A stretch of 64,000 bases of DNA from Dongiaceae bacterium. Its GTDB lineage: Bacteria > Acidobacteriota > Terriglobia > Acidiferrales > UBA7541. The first letter of the stretch is position 1, and the number at the start of each line of letters is the position of its first letter. The DNA is taken from the NCBI GenBank assembly GCA_035542235.1, contig DATKLU010000005.1, forward strand, positions 779-64,778. Direction: 5' to 3'. Shown piece by piece: positions 46,566 to 54,503 of this stretch. The position numbers were made by a program, and so were the translations under genes. Below the pieces are notes generated by a model. That model was given only the letters and a program-made list of their open reading frames with translations, had not been told where the DNA came from and searched no databases.

Positions 46566-48271
46566 CGAATCGCCTCCGCAAAGGAATACTGGGGTTGAAT
46601 ATCCACCGGAATGTCGGAAAGGCCGTCGAAGGCTCTTTTCAGGTGATCGGGCAGGACCGCGTACTTCGCGAACCACGCCAGGGTTCGCGCCCGGTCGCCC
46701 GTGGCCTCCTGCTCCAGAAGCTCCTTCGCGAGGGCGGCCAGAGCGGCAGGCATTTTTTCCAGCACCACGGTGTAACGCCCGCTGGCCGCGTCGCGCGTCA
46801 CGGCCCCGCGCTCCAGCAGGTAATTGAACTCCATCATCTCGCCGCGCCCGTGCGGTTCGGCCACGCCAAAACGAATGGTGCGGAAATTCCCAGCCACGTA
46901 GGAGATATAGTCCTCTTCCAGCTGCGCTTTGGTGATCGCCCCGTGATCCGCGAGCCACTTCAGGCAGACCATGCCCACAACATCGGCTTTCGCTTCCTCC
47001 AGTGACGCGTAGTCGCCTCCAATGGCTTCGCGAATCTCCCTTTTCCCGTTCCTGGTCCGTGCGTAGTTGGGTCCGAGTTCGTGGGAAATTTCATGGGCCA
47101 GGGTGGACGCCAGGTACCCGTCACCCGTCGCGCGCGGCACCTGGTCTTCGTTCAGCAGCCGCCGCGCGATGGGCAGGATCACCACGTTCACCCGCGCATC
47201 CATGAAGTTCTTGAAAAAAATCTTTTTGCTGCCTTTGGCCTCGTGAACCCGCGGATCGTTCGGCAGGTTATCGGCAACCGCCTGGTAGCCGTGCAGCAGG
47301 TCGCCGGTGCGGAAGGGTGCGTCCATGACCTCCATGGGCGTTACGTGGCCGCGTTTCGAGGGCAGATCGGCCGAGGCCAGCGGCAGTGACTCCTGCAGAT
47401 CGGGGACATATTTCTGGAACACTGCCAGCTTCTGGCTCTCCTCGTCGTTGCGGATGAGCACCGCGCCGCCATAAGAGGTACGCACGCCCAGCAGCTTGTC
47501 CATGTAGCTTTCATACGGGGCCAGGATCAGGTCAAACCGGGGATTGTTCAGCTCCAGCCATGCGATGTCGCTCGGGTAGTAGTCGTCGCTCAAGAGCGCA
47601 TCGGCGCGCATCCGCAGGAACTTCGCGAAAGCCACGTCGTCGCTCAAATCGGCCGCGTCGCGCAGGCTTTGCGCCGCCGGTTGCAGAAATTCCGCGAACT
47701 TCACGTGATAGGGAATAGCCTCCAGCTTCTCGCCGTTCTGCACCAGCACCGATTGTTCGTTGTAGACGGCGGATTGCTCGCCTGGGTGCGCTGCGACGTA
47801 CTTCTCGACCTCGGCCTGGGTCAGCCCTGGGGGGTAGAGCGCGCGTCCCGGCGGCGCGGCCTGTGTGCCGACAAACGGGTGCAGCTCATCCACCAGGTCG
47901 TAGCGGCTGCCGTTCAATTTCAGGAAGCGCAGGACCTTCTGGTCCAGCGGGTTGTCGCTCGCCAGCAGCTTCTGATAGAGCGCCAGCCCTTCCGGATCGC
48001 TCTGCCGCCAGTAAATCTGCTCAATGCGGTTCGCCGCGTCCACCAGCTTTTCCACCAGCTTTAGCTCGCGCTCGCTGAGTCCCGCGCGGTTCAATGGCAT
48101 TTCGAACAACTTGAATTTTGCCAGCCGCGCGTCCAGATCGGGTGCCACGCCAAGCGGTGCCGCCAGGCTGGTGCTGGAACCCCCGCCCGTGGCATTCAGA
48201 TTCACCAGCATAGGGAAGAGCGCAACCGCCGCAACGATCACAATCAGGGAAACAATTCGCCGTAGGTCCAT
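46562..48271 (-). CDS. M49 (dipeptidyl-peptidase III-like) zinc metallopeptidase with pentapeptide HEISH motif, N-terminal signal/anchor
   Basis: The zinc motifs LAHEISHELGP and …LEEAKADVVG… match the HExxH / EExxAD pair of the short-motif DPP III-like subgroup. The N-terminus is MDLRRIVSLIVIVAAVALFPMLV. Confidence 0.6.
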   Translation of the reverse strand: MDLRRIVSLIVIVAAVALFPMLVNLNATGGGSSTSLAAPLGVAPDLDARLAKFKLFEMPLNRAGLSERELKLVEKLVDAANRIEQIYWRQSDPEGLALYQKLLASDNPLDQKVLRFLKLNGSRYDLVDELHPFVGTQAAPPGRALYPPGLTQAEVEKYVAAHPGEQSAVYNEQSVLVQNGEKLEAIPYHVKFAEFLQPAAQSLRDAADLSDDVAFAKFLRMRADALLSDDYYPSDIAWLELNNPRFDLILAPYESYMDKLLGVRTSYGGAVLIRNDEESQKLAVFQKYVPDLQESLPLASADLPSKRGHVTPMEVMDAPFRTGDLLHGYQAVADNLPNDPRVHEAKGSKKIFFKNFMDARVNVVILPIARRLLNEDQVPRATGDGYLASTLAHEISHELGPNYARTRNGKREIREAIGGDYASLEEAKADVVGMVCLKWLADHGAITKAQLEEDYISYVAGNFRTIRFGVAEPHGRGEMMEFNYLLERGAVTRDAASGRYTVVLEKMPAALAALAKELLEQEATGDRARTLAWFAKYAVLPDHLKRAFDGLSDIPVDIQPQYSFAEAIR

Positions 48272-48278
48272 GCGCGAA

Positions 48279-48287
48279 ATTGTAGCA
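48279..48287 (-). promoter_or_regulatory. extended -10 promoter element TGcTACAAT, 7 nt upstream of the ATG (leaderless geometry)
   Basis: The minus strand reads cttTGcTACAATttcgcgcATG. TACAAT is at 48284-48279 and the ATG at 48271-48269. There is no Shine-Dalgarno sequence. Confidence 0.45.
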
Positions 48288-48300
48288 AAGGTCCCCCCAT

Positions 48301-48360
48301 TCGCCCCGTTTGCGTCGCCCCCTTTTGCGTTGCTCCCTGTTGCGTCCCCCCTCTTGCGAG
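48301..48360. repeat. four tandem 15-nt repeats (minus-strand consensus ACGCAAnnGGGGnnn)
   Basis: The minus strand reads CGCAAGAGGGGGG / ACGCAACAGGGAGCA / ACGCAAAAGGGGGCG / ACGCAAACGGGGCGA. The array lies immediately upstream of the extended -10 element of the M49 gene. Confidence 0.8.
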
Positions 48361-48507
48361 CTCTCGCGTATCTGGACTGCCCGGCCGTTCAGGTTGCGCG
48401 GGCGGCAATATGGAAACTTTTTCTCCGCTCCCGCATCCAAAGGACAAGCAAACTCGTACCAGTCTTAAAAGCGGCTTCAGCCGCGGTTCACGAAAGGTCA
48501 GGCAGTC

Positions 48508-48792
48508 ATGGCAAGGGCATTCTGGGGTGGCAAGTTAATCGCCGAGAGCGATAAGTGCGTGGTCGTGGAAGGGAATCAATATTTTCCATTGGAGGCCGTT
48601 CGCAAGGAGTTTCTCAAGTCCAGCGCGCACACCTCCATCTGCCCCTGGAAGGGCACGGCGCACTATTACCATCTGGAAGTGGACGGCATGCGCAACGATA
48701 ATGCCGCCTGGTATTACCCAGAGCCCAAGCCCGCCGCCAGCGAAATCACCGGCCGCGTCGCTTTCTGGAAGGGCGTCCGAGTCGAAGCCTGA
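48508..48792 (+). CDS. DUF427-family small protein
   Basis: 94 aa. …GNQYFPLEAV…TSICPWKGTAHYYHLEVDG…NAAWYYPEPKPAA…GRVAFW… is the characteristic DUF427 pattern. Confidence 0.75.
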   Translation: MARAFWGGKLIAESDKCVVVEGNQYFPLEAVRKEFLKSSAHTSICPWKGTAHYYHLEVDGMRNDNAAWYYPEPKPAASEITGRVAFWKGVRVEA

Positions 48793-48904
48793 GCCTGCTC
48801 AGGACTTTCAGCTTTGAACTTCCGCAGGGCCTGCCAGTGGGCCAAAGCGTCTTGCGTTTCCTCCGCGGCTGATTCATTCTGGCGCGCTCGTTCCGGAGGT
48901 TCCC

Positions 48905-50224
48905 GTGTCCAGGCATTTTGCTGCTCTTCTTGCATGTCTGCTTCTCGCCTCGTTCGCTCCCGCGCAAACTGCCCCGCCGAATTCATCGGGTGCGCTGACC
49001 GTCATTCGCGCCGGCGCCCTGCTTGACGGTAATTCCGAAGGCGCCAGGAAAAATCAGCTCATCTTCATCCGCGGCGAGCGCATCGAGAAGATCGCCGAAG
49101 CCACGGCCGCAATTCCCGCCGGAGCCAGGGTCATTGATCTTTCCAACTCCACGGTGCTCCCCGGCCTGATTGACGCCCACACCCATATTTTCCTGTGGGG
49201 CGAAGATCCGGCTAAAGGCGGCTACGACGCCAACATTTTGAAAGCCGGCATTGCGCTGCGCGCCGCGCGCGCCACCTTCGCTTGCCGTCGCGCCCTGGAG
49301 CAGGGCTTCACCACCATTCGCGATCTCGAAACCGAAGGCGCCGGCTACGGCGATGTGGAAATCAAGCAAGCGATCGCCGAAGGCACCATTCCTGGGCCTC
49401 GCATTTTCGCCGCGACGCGCGGCATCTCTTCGACCGGGGGCTACAACCTGGAGGGTTACGCGCCAGAACTGGTCATGCCGAAAGGCGTGCAGATCATTGA
49501 TGGCCCGATTGAAGCCCGCAAGGCTGCCCGCGAGCAACTCGATCACGGCGCGGACTGGATCAAGGTGTACATGACTCACCGTTCCCGCGTGGACAAGAAC
49601 GGGAACCTTTTTTCGCAGCCCACACTCACCGTGGAAGAACTCAAGGCCATCGTGGACGAAACCCACGCCTGGGGCAAGAAAGTCGCCTGCCACGCCTACA
49701 ACGGCCAGGGCCTGCAGCGCGCTCTCGACGGCGGCTGCGATTCCATCGAGCACGGACTTGAAATCAGCGACTCGCAAATCGCGCAGATGGCGAAGCAGGG
49801 AACCTGGTATTGTCCGACGCTCGCGCCCTACTACCACGACTGGCTCCCGGAGAACACGCCGGAAGGCCAGCGCGATCGCAAGCGCGCCGAAGTTCATGGA
49901 GTCTCCGTCCAGAAGGCGTTGAAGGCCGGAATCAAAATCGTTTACGGCACAGACATGGGCGGCATCGAATGGACCGAACCGATGGCGCAGGAGTTTCCCT
50001 ACCTGGCGCAGTTCGGCTTGTCGCCGATGGAAGCCCTGCGCTCGGCGACCTCGCGCGCGGCGGAAATGCTCGATGAGCAAGGAGAACTTGGGGTGCTTGC
50101 CCCCGGCGCCTACGCCGACATCATCGCGGTCAGCGGCGACCCGTTGAAGGATTTGAGCGAGCTGGGCAGAGTGAAGTTCGTGATGAAGGGAGGCAGTGTT
50201 TTCAGGAATGACGCGGCAAAATAA
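48905..50224 (+). CDS. secreted amidohydrolase-superfamily metallo-hydrolase
   Basis: Signal peptide MSRHFAALLACLLLASFAPAQT, with GTG start after GGAGG. Metal motif is PGLIDAHTHIF, with later …ACHAYN… and …GTDMG… typical of the amidohydrolase fold. Confidence 0.8.
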   Translation: MSRHFAALLACLLLASFAPAQTAPPNSSGALTVIRAGALLDGNSEGARKNQLIFIRGERIEKIAEATAAIPAGARVIDLSNSTVLPGLIDAHTHIFLWGEDPAKGGYDANILKAGIALRAARATFACRRALEQGFTTIRDLETEGAGYGDVEIKQAIAEGTIPGPRIFAATRGISSTGGYNLEGYAPELVMPKGVQIIDGPIEARKAAREQLDHGADWIKVYMTHRSRVDKNGNLFSQPTLTVEELKAIVDETHAWGKKVACHAYNGQGLQRALDGGCDSIEHGLEISDSQIAQMAKQGTWYCPTLAPYYHDWLPENTPEGQRDRKRAEVHGVSVQKALKAGIKIVYGTDMGGIEWTEPMAQEFPYLAQFGLSPMEALRSATSRAAEMLDEQGELGVLAPGAYADIIAVSGDPLKDLSELGRVKFVMKGGSVFRNDAAK

Positions 50225-50245
50225 GGCTCGCCACCGGCCCGATAC

Positions 50246-51973
50246 TCAGGCCCTCGGCGGGATCGCGGTATCGGTGATTTCGGCCACGTTTGGCGTGTAA
50301 CGAACCAGCAGCAGCGTAAGGTCGTCGGCCTGGCGCGCGCCGCGCGTGAAGTTTTCAACCGATTCGAGCACGGTCTTTTGTAATTCTTCCAGCTGCATCG
50401 TCCCCTTGCCTTGCAGCGTTTCGCACAGCCGCGGCACGCCGTACAGCTGCTCTTCCGGGTCCATCGCTTCCGTCACGCCGTCGCTGAAGAGCACCAGCGT
50501 ATCCCCCGGCTCCAGCTTCAGGCAGGCGGCCGTGTACTCGGCGTCCGGCACCAGACCGACCGGGTAGGAGCCTTCCGTGAAGGCTTCCTCGACCTTGTCG
50601 CGCCGCAGCAGGATGGGCGAAGGATGTCCGGCGTTGATGAACTCGAGATGGCCATCCACGTCCAAAATCCCGAAAAACATGGTGGCGTACCGGCCGACTT
50701 CGGCGTGATCGCACAGGAAGCGATTGACGTGGTTGAATACGCGCGCCGGATCGGTGCCCAGAGTCATGCCGGAGAGCGCGCCCTGCAGCATGGTCGTAAG
50801 CAAAGCAGCGCCCAGTCCCTTGCCGGAAACGTCGGCAATGAGAAACGCGGTACGGCCGTCGCCGATGGGAAAGACGTCGAAGTAGTCGCCTCCCACCGAA
50901 AGGCATGGAAAGTTGCAGCCGCAGACCGAAAGGTCGGGGAAGCCGCCAAAGTTGCGGGGAAGCAGCGCTTGCTGGATGTCGCGCGCGATATTGATTTCCT
51001 GCTCCATGCGCTGGCGTTCGCGCTCGCGCTCCACGAGGCGGGCGTTATCGAGGATACTGGCGGCGTCGGCCGCGAGCGCATCGAGAATCTGCCGGTCGAG
51101 TTTGGAGAACGCGGCCGGGCGGCGCGAATCGAGATACAGCACGCCGAGAAATTCGCCGCGCCGCAGGTTGACCATGGATTCCTGCGAATTGGCGCGCATG
51201 ATCGAATACAACGGAATCACCACCACGGCGCGCAGCCGCTGCGCAACGATGCTTTGCGCGGATTGCAGATCGCCTTCGGCCTGCGCCAGGTCCTCGGTGA
51301 TCACCGGAGAATGCTGCTTCAGCGCCAGCTGAATCGCGGTCTGGCTGGGCGCCACGCTTTCCGGCGGCAGGCGCAGGCCGCCGCTGCGCCGCGCCAGGCG
51401 CACGCGCAGCGTACCGTCCGCGCCATTTTCCAGTAGCAGCCCGCGGTCGGCATCCAGCACCGCCACGGCGTGATCCAGCATTTTTCCCAGCACGGAATCC
51501 AGCGGCAGTTGCGAATGCAGCAGAGAGCTCGCTTCCAGAAGCATGTTCAGCTTGCGCAAACCGCCCGACGCCGAAGCGGGTTCGGAGCTGGTGATGTGCT
51601 CGATGCGCGTGAGGAGTTGCGGGATGGACTCCTGCCCGGCATCCTGCGCGTTGCGGAAGATGATTTCGTACGAGTCTTCCAGACCGAAGGTGACCACGTC
51701 GCCGTGCTCCAGCGCGCGGCTTTCGACCTTCTCGTTGTTTACGAAAACGCCGCGGCGCTGCCCGCGATCCTCGATATAGAAACGGTTCGCTTCCACCACG
51801 ATGGCCGCGCACTGCCGGGAAATCCGGCGATCGTTGAGTTGCAGGTGGTTGCCGGTTTCCGCGCCGCGGCCGATGAGATAAGGCGTCGCCGAGACGCGCG
51901 CGTAGCGTCGCGCGCCGTCGGGCGAGATCACTTCCAAAACGGCTTCAGTGCTGGCAGCTATCGTCTCGGCCAT
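50246..51973 (-). CDS. FHA + GAF + PP2C/SpoIIE-type protein phosphatase
   Basis: The FHA domain is YLIGRGAETGNHLQLNDRRISRQCAAIVVEANRFYIEDRGQRRGVFVNNEKV. A GAF-like middle follows. The phosphatase domain is ARDIQQALLP…VGGDYFDVF…IADVSGKGLGAAL…LVLFSDGVTE…ADDLTLLLVRY. Start set to ATG 51973. Confidence 0.85.
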   Translation of the reverse strand: MAETIAASTEAVLEVISPDGARRYARVSATPYLIGRGAETGNHLQLNDRRISRQCAAIVVEANRFYIEDRGQRRGVFVNNEKVESRALEHGDVVTFGLEDSYEIIFRNAQDAGQESIPQLLTRIEHITSSEPASASGGLRKLNMLLEASSLLHSQLPLDSVLGKMLDHAVAVLDADRGLLLENGADGTLRVRLARRSGGLRLPPESVAPSQTAIQLALKQHSPVITEDLAQAEGDLQSAQSIVAQRLRAVVVIPLYSIMRANSQESMVNLRRGEFLGVLYLDSRRPAAFSKLDRQILDALAADAASILDNARLVERERERQRMEQEINIARDIQQALLPRNFGGFPDLSVCGCNFPCLSVGGDYFDVFPIGDGRTAFLIADVSGKGLGAALLTTMLQGALSGMTLGTDPARVFNHVNRFLCDHAEVGRYATMFFGILDVDGHLEFINAGHPSPILLRRDKVEEAFTEGSYPVGLVPDAEYTAACLKLEPGDTLVLFSDGVTEAMDPEEQLYGVPRLCETLQGKGTMQLEELQKTVLESVENFTRGARQADDLTLLLVRYTPNVAEITDTAIPPRA

Positions 51974-52107
51974 GGGTCTTCCAAGCCGCCGATTGTAGCA
52001 CGCAGGCGCAAGGACCCAGGAAGGATGCAGGCTGGATTTATGTACTTGCCACTTGGTTTGTCCGGTCGAGAGAATGAAGTGAAGGCACAATCTAGCGAGG
52101 CTCCGAG

Positions 52108-52956
52108 ATGCTTGGAAAAGTAATCCTGCGCGCAGCTGTTCCGCTGCTTATGGCGCTGCCCGCGGTTGCACAGACCTCGAAGTGCACCGTCGCGCCGGTG
52201 CGCGTGAAGCTCGGCGGCACGCTGCGCGTCTCGTGTCCGCCCGAGTTTTCCAGGGCCACGCTGAACGGCCGCGAAGCGGAGCTGTTCCTCCAGAGCGACG
52301 CGAAACGATTCGGCTTGTTGCCTATCGCCGTCACCGACAAGCCGGGCACCTACGAATTGCACTTGTCCCGCAGCGGCGACGGCCTCCCACAGACCGTTCG
52401 CGTGACGATTTTGAAGACCGTATTCCCCTCGCAGAACGTCCAGCTCAGCCCGGAAATCGAAGGGCTGCACTCCACGCCCGAAGAGATGGCGCTGCTCAAG
52501 ACCTTCAAGGAGAACATCTCAAGCGACCGCTTTTGGCGGGATCCGCTGGCCGCGCCCGTGCCGGGTTGCATGACTTCGCCGTTCGGCGTCAAGCGCCTGC
52601 ACAACGGCAAACCCACCGGCGACTATCACGGCGGCGTGGACCAGCGCACGCCGGAGGGCGAACCGATTCGCGCGGTCGCCGCGGGAACCGTCAGGTTTGC
52701 CAAGCCGTTCAACGTGCTGGGCAATGCCGTCGGCGTGGATCACGGCCAAGGTCTCGAGTCCACCTACCTGCACATGTCGAAACTCGTCGCGGTGCCGGAT
52801 GCGAAAGTGCAAAAGGGAGACATCCTGGGCTATGCGGGCTCGACCGGCCGCTCCACCGGGCCGCACTTGCACTGGGCGCTTTCCGTAAACGGGATCAACG
52901 TGAACCCGGCCTTGTGGGTCCAGCTGACTCCGTGTGCCACCAAGAAAGGCCACTAA
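52108..52956 (+). CDS. M23 family metallopeptidase, secreted
   Basis: Signal peptide MLGKVILRAAVPLLMALPAVAQ. Motifs are …GDYHGGVDQRTPEGEPIRAVAAG… and …GSTGRSTGPHLHWALSVNG…. Confidence 0.85.
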   Translation: MLGKVILRAAVPLLMALPAVAQTSKCTVAPVRVKLGGTLRVSCPPEFSRATLNGREAELFLQSDAKRFGLLPIAVTDKPGTYELHLSRSGDGLPQTVRVTILKTVFPSQNVQLSPEIEGLHSTPEEMALLKTFKENISSDRFWRDPLAAPVPGCMTSPFGVKRLHNGKPTGDYHGGVDQRTPEGEPIRAVAAGTVRFAKPFNVLGNAVGVDHGQGLESTYLHMSKLVAVPDAKVQKGDILGYAGSTGRSTGPHLHWALSVNGINVNPALWVQLTPCATKKGH

Positions 52957-52958
52957 GC

Positions 52959-54353
52959 GTGCACGGATTTGCGTCCATGTTTTGGGGAGCAGCAGGCGGA
53001 CACGCGGATCCCGTCGTGCCTATTCTGCTGGCTCTGGTTTTTCTGACGCTTGGAGCGGCCGTCGGCGGTCGCGTTATGAACTGGCTCAAACAGCCGCCGG
53101 TTCTGGGTGAATTGCTGGTCGGCGTCATTGCTGGAAACCTCGGATTCTATTTTCACAACGCGGGTATGACCGTGCTCCGCGAGGGAGACAGCCTGCGCCG
53201 CGTTTCCGAACGGGCGTTGACGTCGTCCTCAACGGCGGCGCAAGCCGCGCGGGAGATACTGACCGGGCCGCACGCGGAGCGTGTGGCAGCCGCGTTAAGC
53301 GGCACCCACTCCCTGGATTACCTCGCCGTGTATTCGTTCGTCGATTTTCTCTCGCGCATCGCAATATTGATTTTGCTTTTTCTCGTTGGATTGGAGACCA
53401 GCCTCGCGGAAATGAGGCGCGTCGGAAAGACCGCGCTTCTCGTCGCGATCATCGGCGTGGTGGTTCCGATGGGCTTGGGCATGGGAGTGATGAGACTCAT
53501 GCATCCGGCTTCGCCGCTCGCCAGCGATTTGTTTATCGGAGGAATTCTGACCGCCACCAGCGTCGGAATCACAGCCCGGGTCTTGCGGGATTTGCGGCAA
53601 GAGCGGCGCGACGAGTCTCGCGTGATTCTTGGCGCGGCGGTGATTGACGACGTGCTCAGCCTGATCGTGCTTGCCGTGGTCAGCGGACTTGCCGTAACCG
53701 GCACCATCAGCGCCCTCCAGATCGGGCGTATTACCCTGGTTGCCGCCCTGTTCCTGGCGATTTCGCTTGGCGCCGGCGTCTGGCTCACCCCCAAGCTGGT
53801 TCGCAGGCTCTCCGCCGCCGGATTTCGCAATTTTAAATTGCTCTTTGGACTTGGCTTTGCTTTCTTACTGGCTTGGCTCGCCAATTTCGCGGGCCTTGCC
53901 GCCATTGTCGGCGCTTTTGCTGCGGGCATGATTCTGAACAACTTTTTCGACGCTGAACTCGAAGGCGAAACGTTGCATCACCTGCTCTCTCCCGTCGAGT
54001 CTCTCGTCGTGCCCTTGTTTTTCGTCTGGATGGGAATCCAGGTGAAGCTGGAAGCGCTCGGCAGCCGGGACGTCCTTATCTCCGGCGCGGTCCTGACACT
54101 GGTTGCAATCGCCGGGAAGCTGCTGAGCGGCTTGGGCTGCCCGCCCCGGATGAACCGCTGGGCGGTGGGAGTGGGAATGATGCCGCGGGGCGAAGTCGGG
54201 CTGATTTTTGCGGGAATCGGTAAGGGAATCGGCGTGATTGATGACGGGCTTTTCTCCGCGATCGTGATTCTGGTGATGGTAACGACGATCCTCGCTCCGG
54301 TACTTCTGCGCGCGACGCTGGGCGAGGCGCCGGCCGCGGACTGGAGTGCCTGA
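52959..54353 (+). CDS. cation:proton antiporter, CPA2 family
   Basis: …LKQPPVLGELLVGVIAGNLG…ILLFLVGLETSLAEM… and a polytopic layout. The start is either GTG 52959 (2 nt after the M23 stop, AAGAAAGG upstream) or ATG 52977. The track ORF from 52182 is a frame run-on through the M23 gene. Confidence 0.8.
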   Translation: MHGFASMFWGAAGGHADPVVPILLALVFLTLGAAVGGRVMNWLKQPPVLGELLVGVIAGNLGFYFHNAGMTVLREGDSLRRVSERALTSSSTAAQAAREILTGPHAERVAAALSGTHSLDYLAVYSFVDFLSRIAILILLFLVGLETSLAEMRRVGKTALLVAIIGVVVPMGLGMGVMRLMHPASPLASDLFIGGILTATSVGITARVLRDLRQERRDESRVILGAAVIDDVLSLIVLAVVSGLAVTGTISALQIGRITLVAALFLAISLGAGVWLTPKLVRRLSAAGFRNFKLLFGLGFAFLLAWLANFAGLAAIVGAFAAGMILNNFFDAELEGETLHHLLSPVESLVVPLFFVWMGIQVKLEALGSRDVLISGAVLTLVAIAGKLLSGLGCPPRMNRWAVGVGMMPRGEVGLIFAGIGKGIGVIDDGLFSAIVILVMVTTILAPVLLRATLGEAPAADWSA

Positions 54354-54503
54354 ATTCCTCTAATCCATTTGTATTATTGTCGAGCCTGCTCGGCCCTTCG
54401 ATAATCCCAACACTTATTTTCTAAGCCATTCGCAATTGTAGAGGCGCGCCCGCGCGACGACGGAATTTTTTGGTGTGCGGCCGCTCATGGGGGGGAGTGT
54501 TCG

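Noticed and set aside
48788-48803. CCTGAGCctGCTCAGG palindrome after the DUF427 gene as a terminator
   Set aside because: The loop is too small (2 nt) for the full stem and no clean T-tract follows. It is too weak to annotate.
52182-54353. 723-aa ORF suggesting an M23-region/antiporter fusion
   Set aside because: The first 260 codons are an alternative frame of the M23 peptidase gene (Arg/Pro-rich nonsense). The real antiporter starts at GTG 52959 or ATG 52977, just after the M23 stop.
54400-54418. Fur-box-like GATAATcccaacacTTATT upstream of the TonB-dependent receptor
   Set aside because: It matches only about 12 of 19 positions of GATAATGATAATCATTATC and lacks the central dyad. This is not distinguishable from an AT-rich promoter background.
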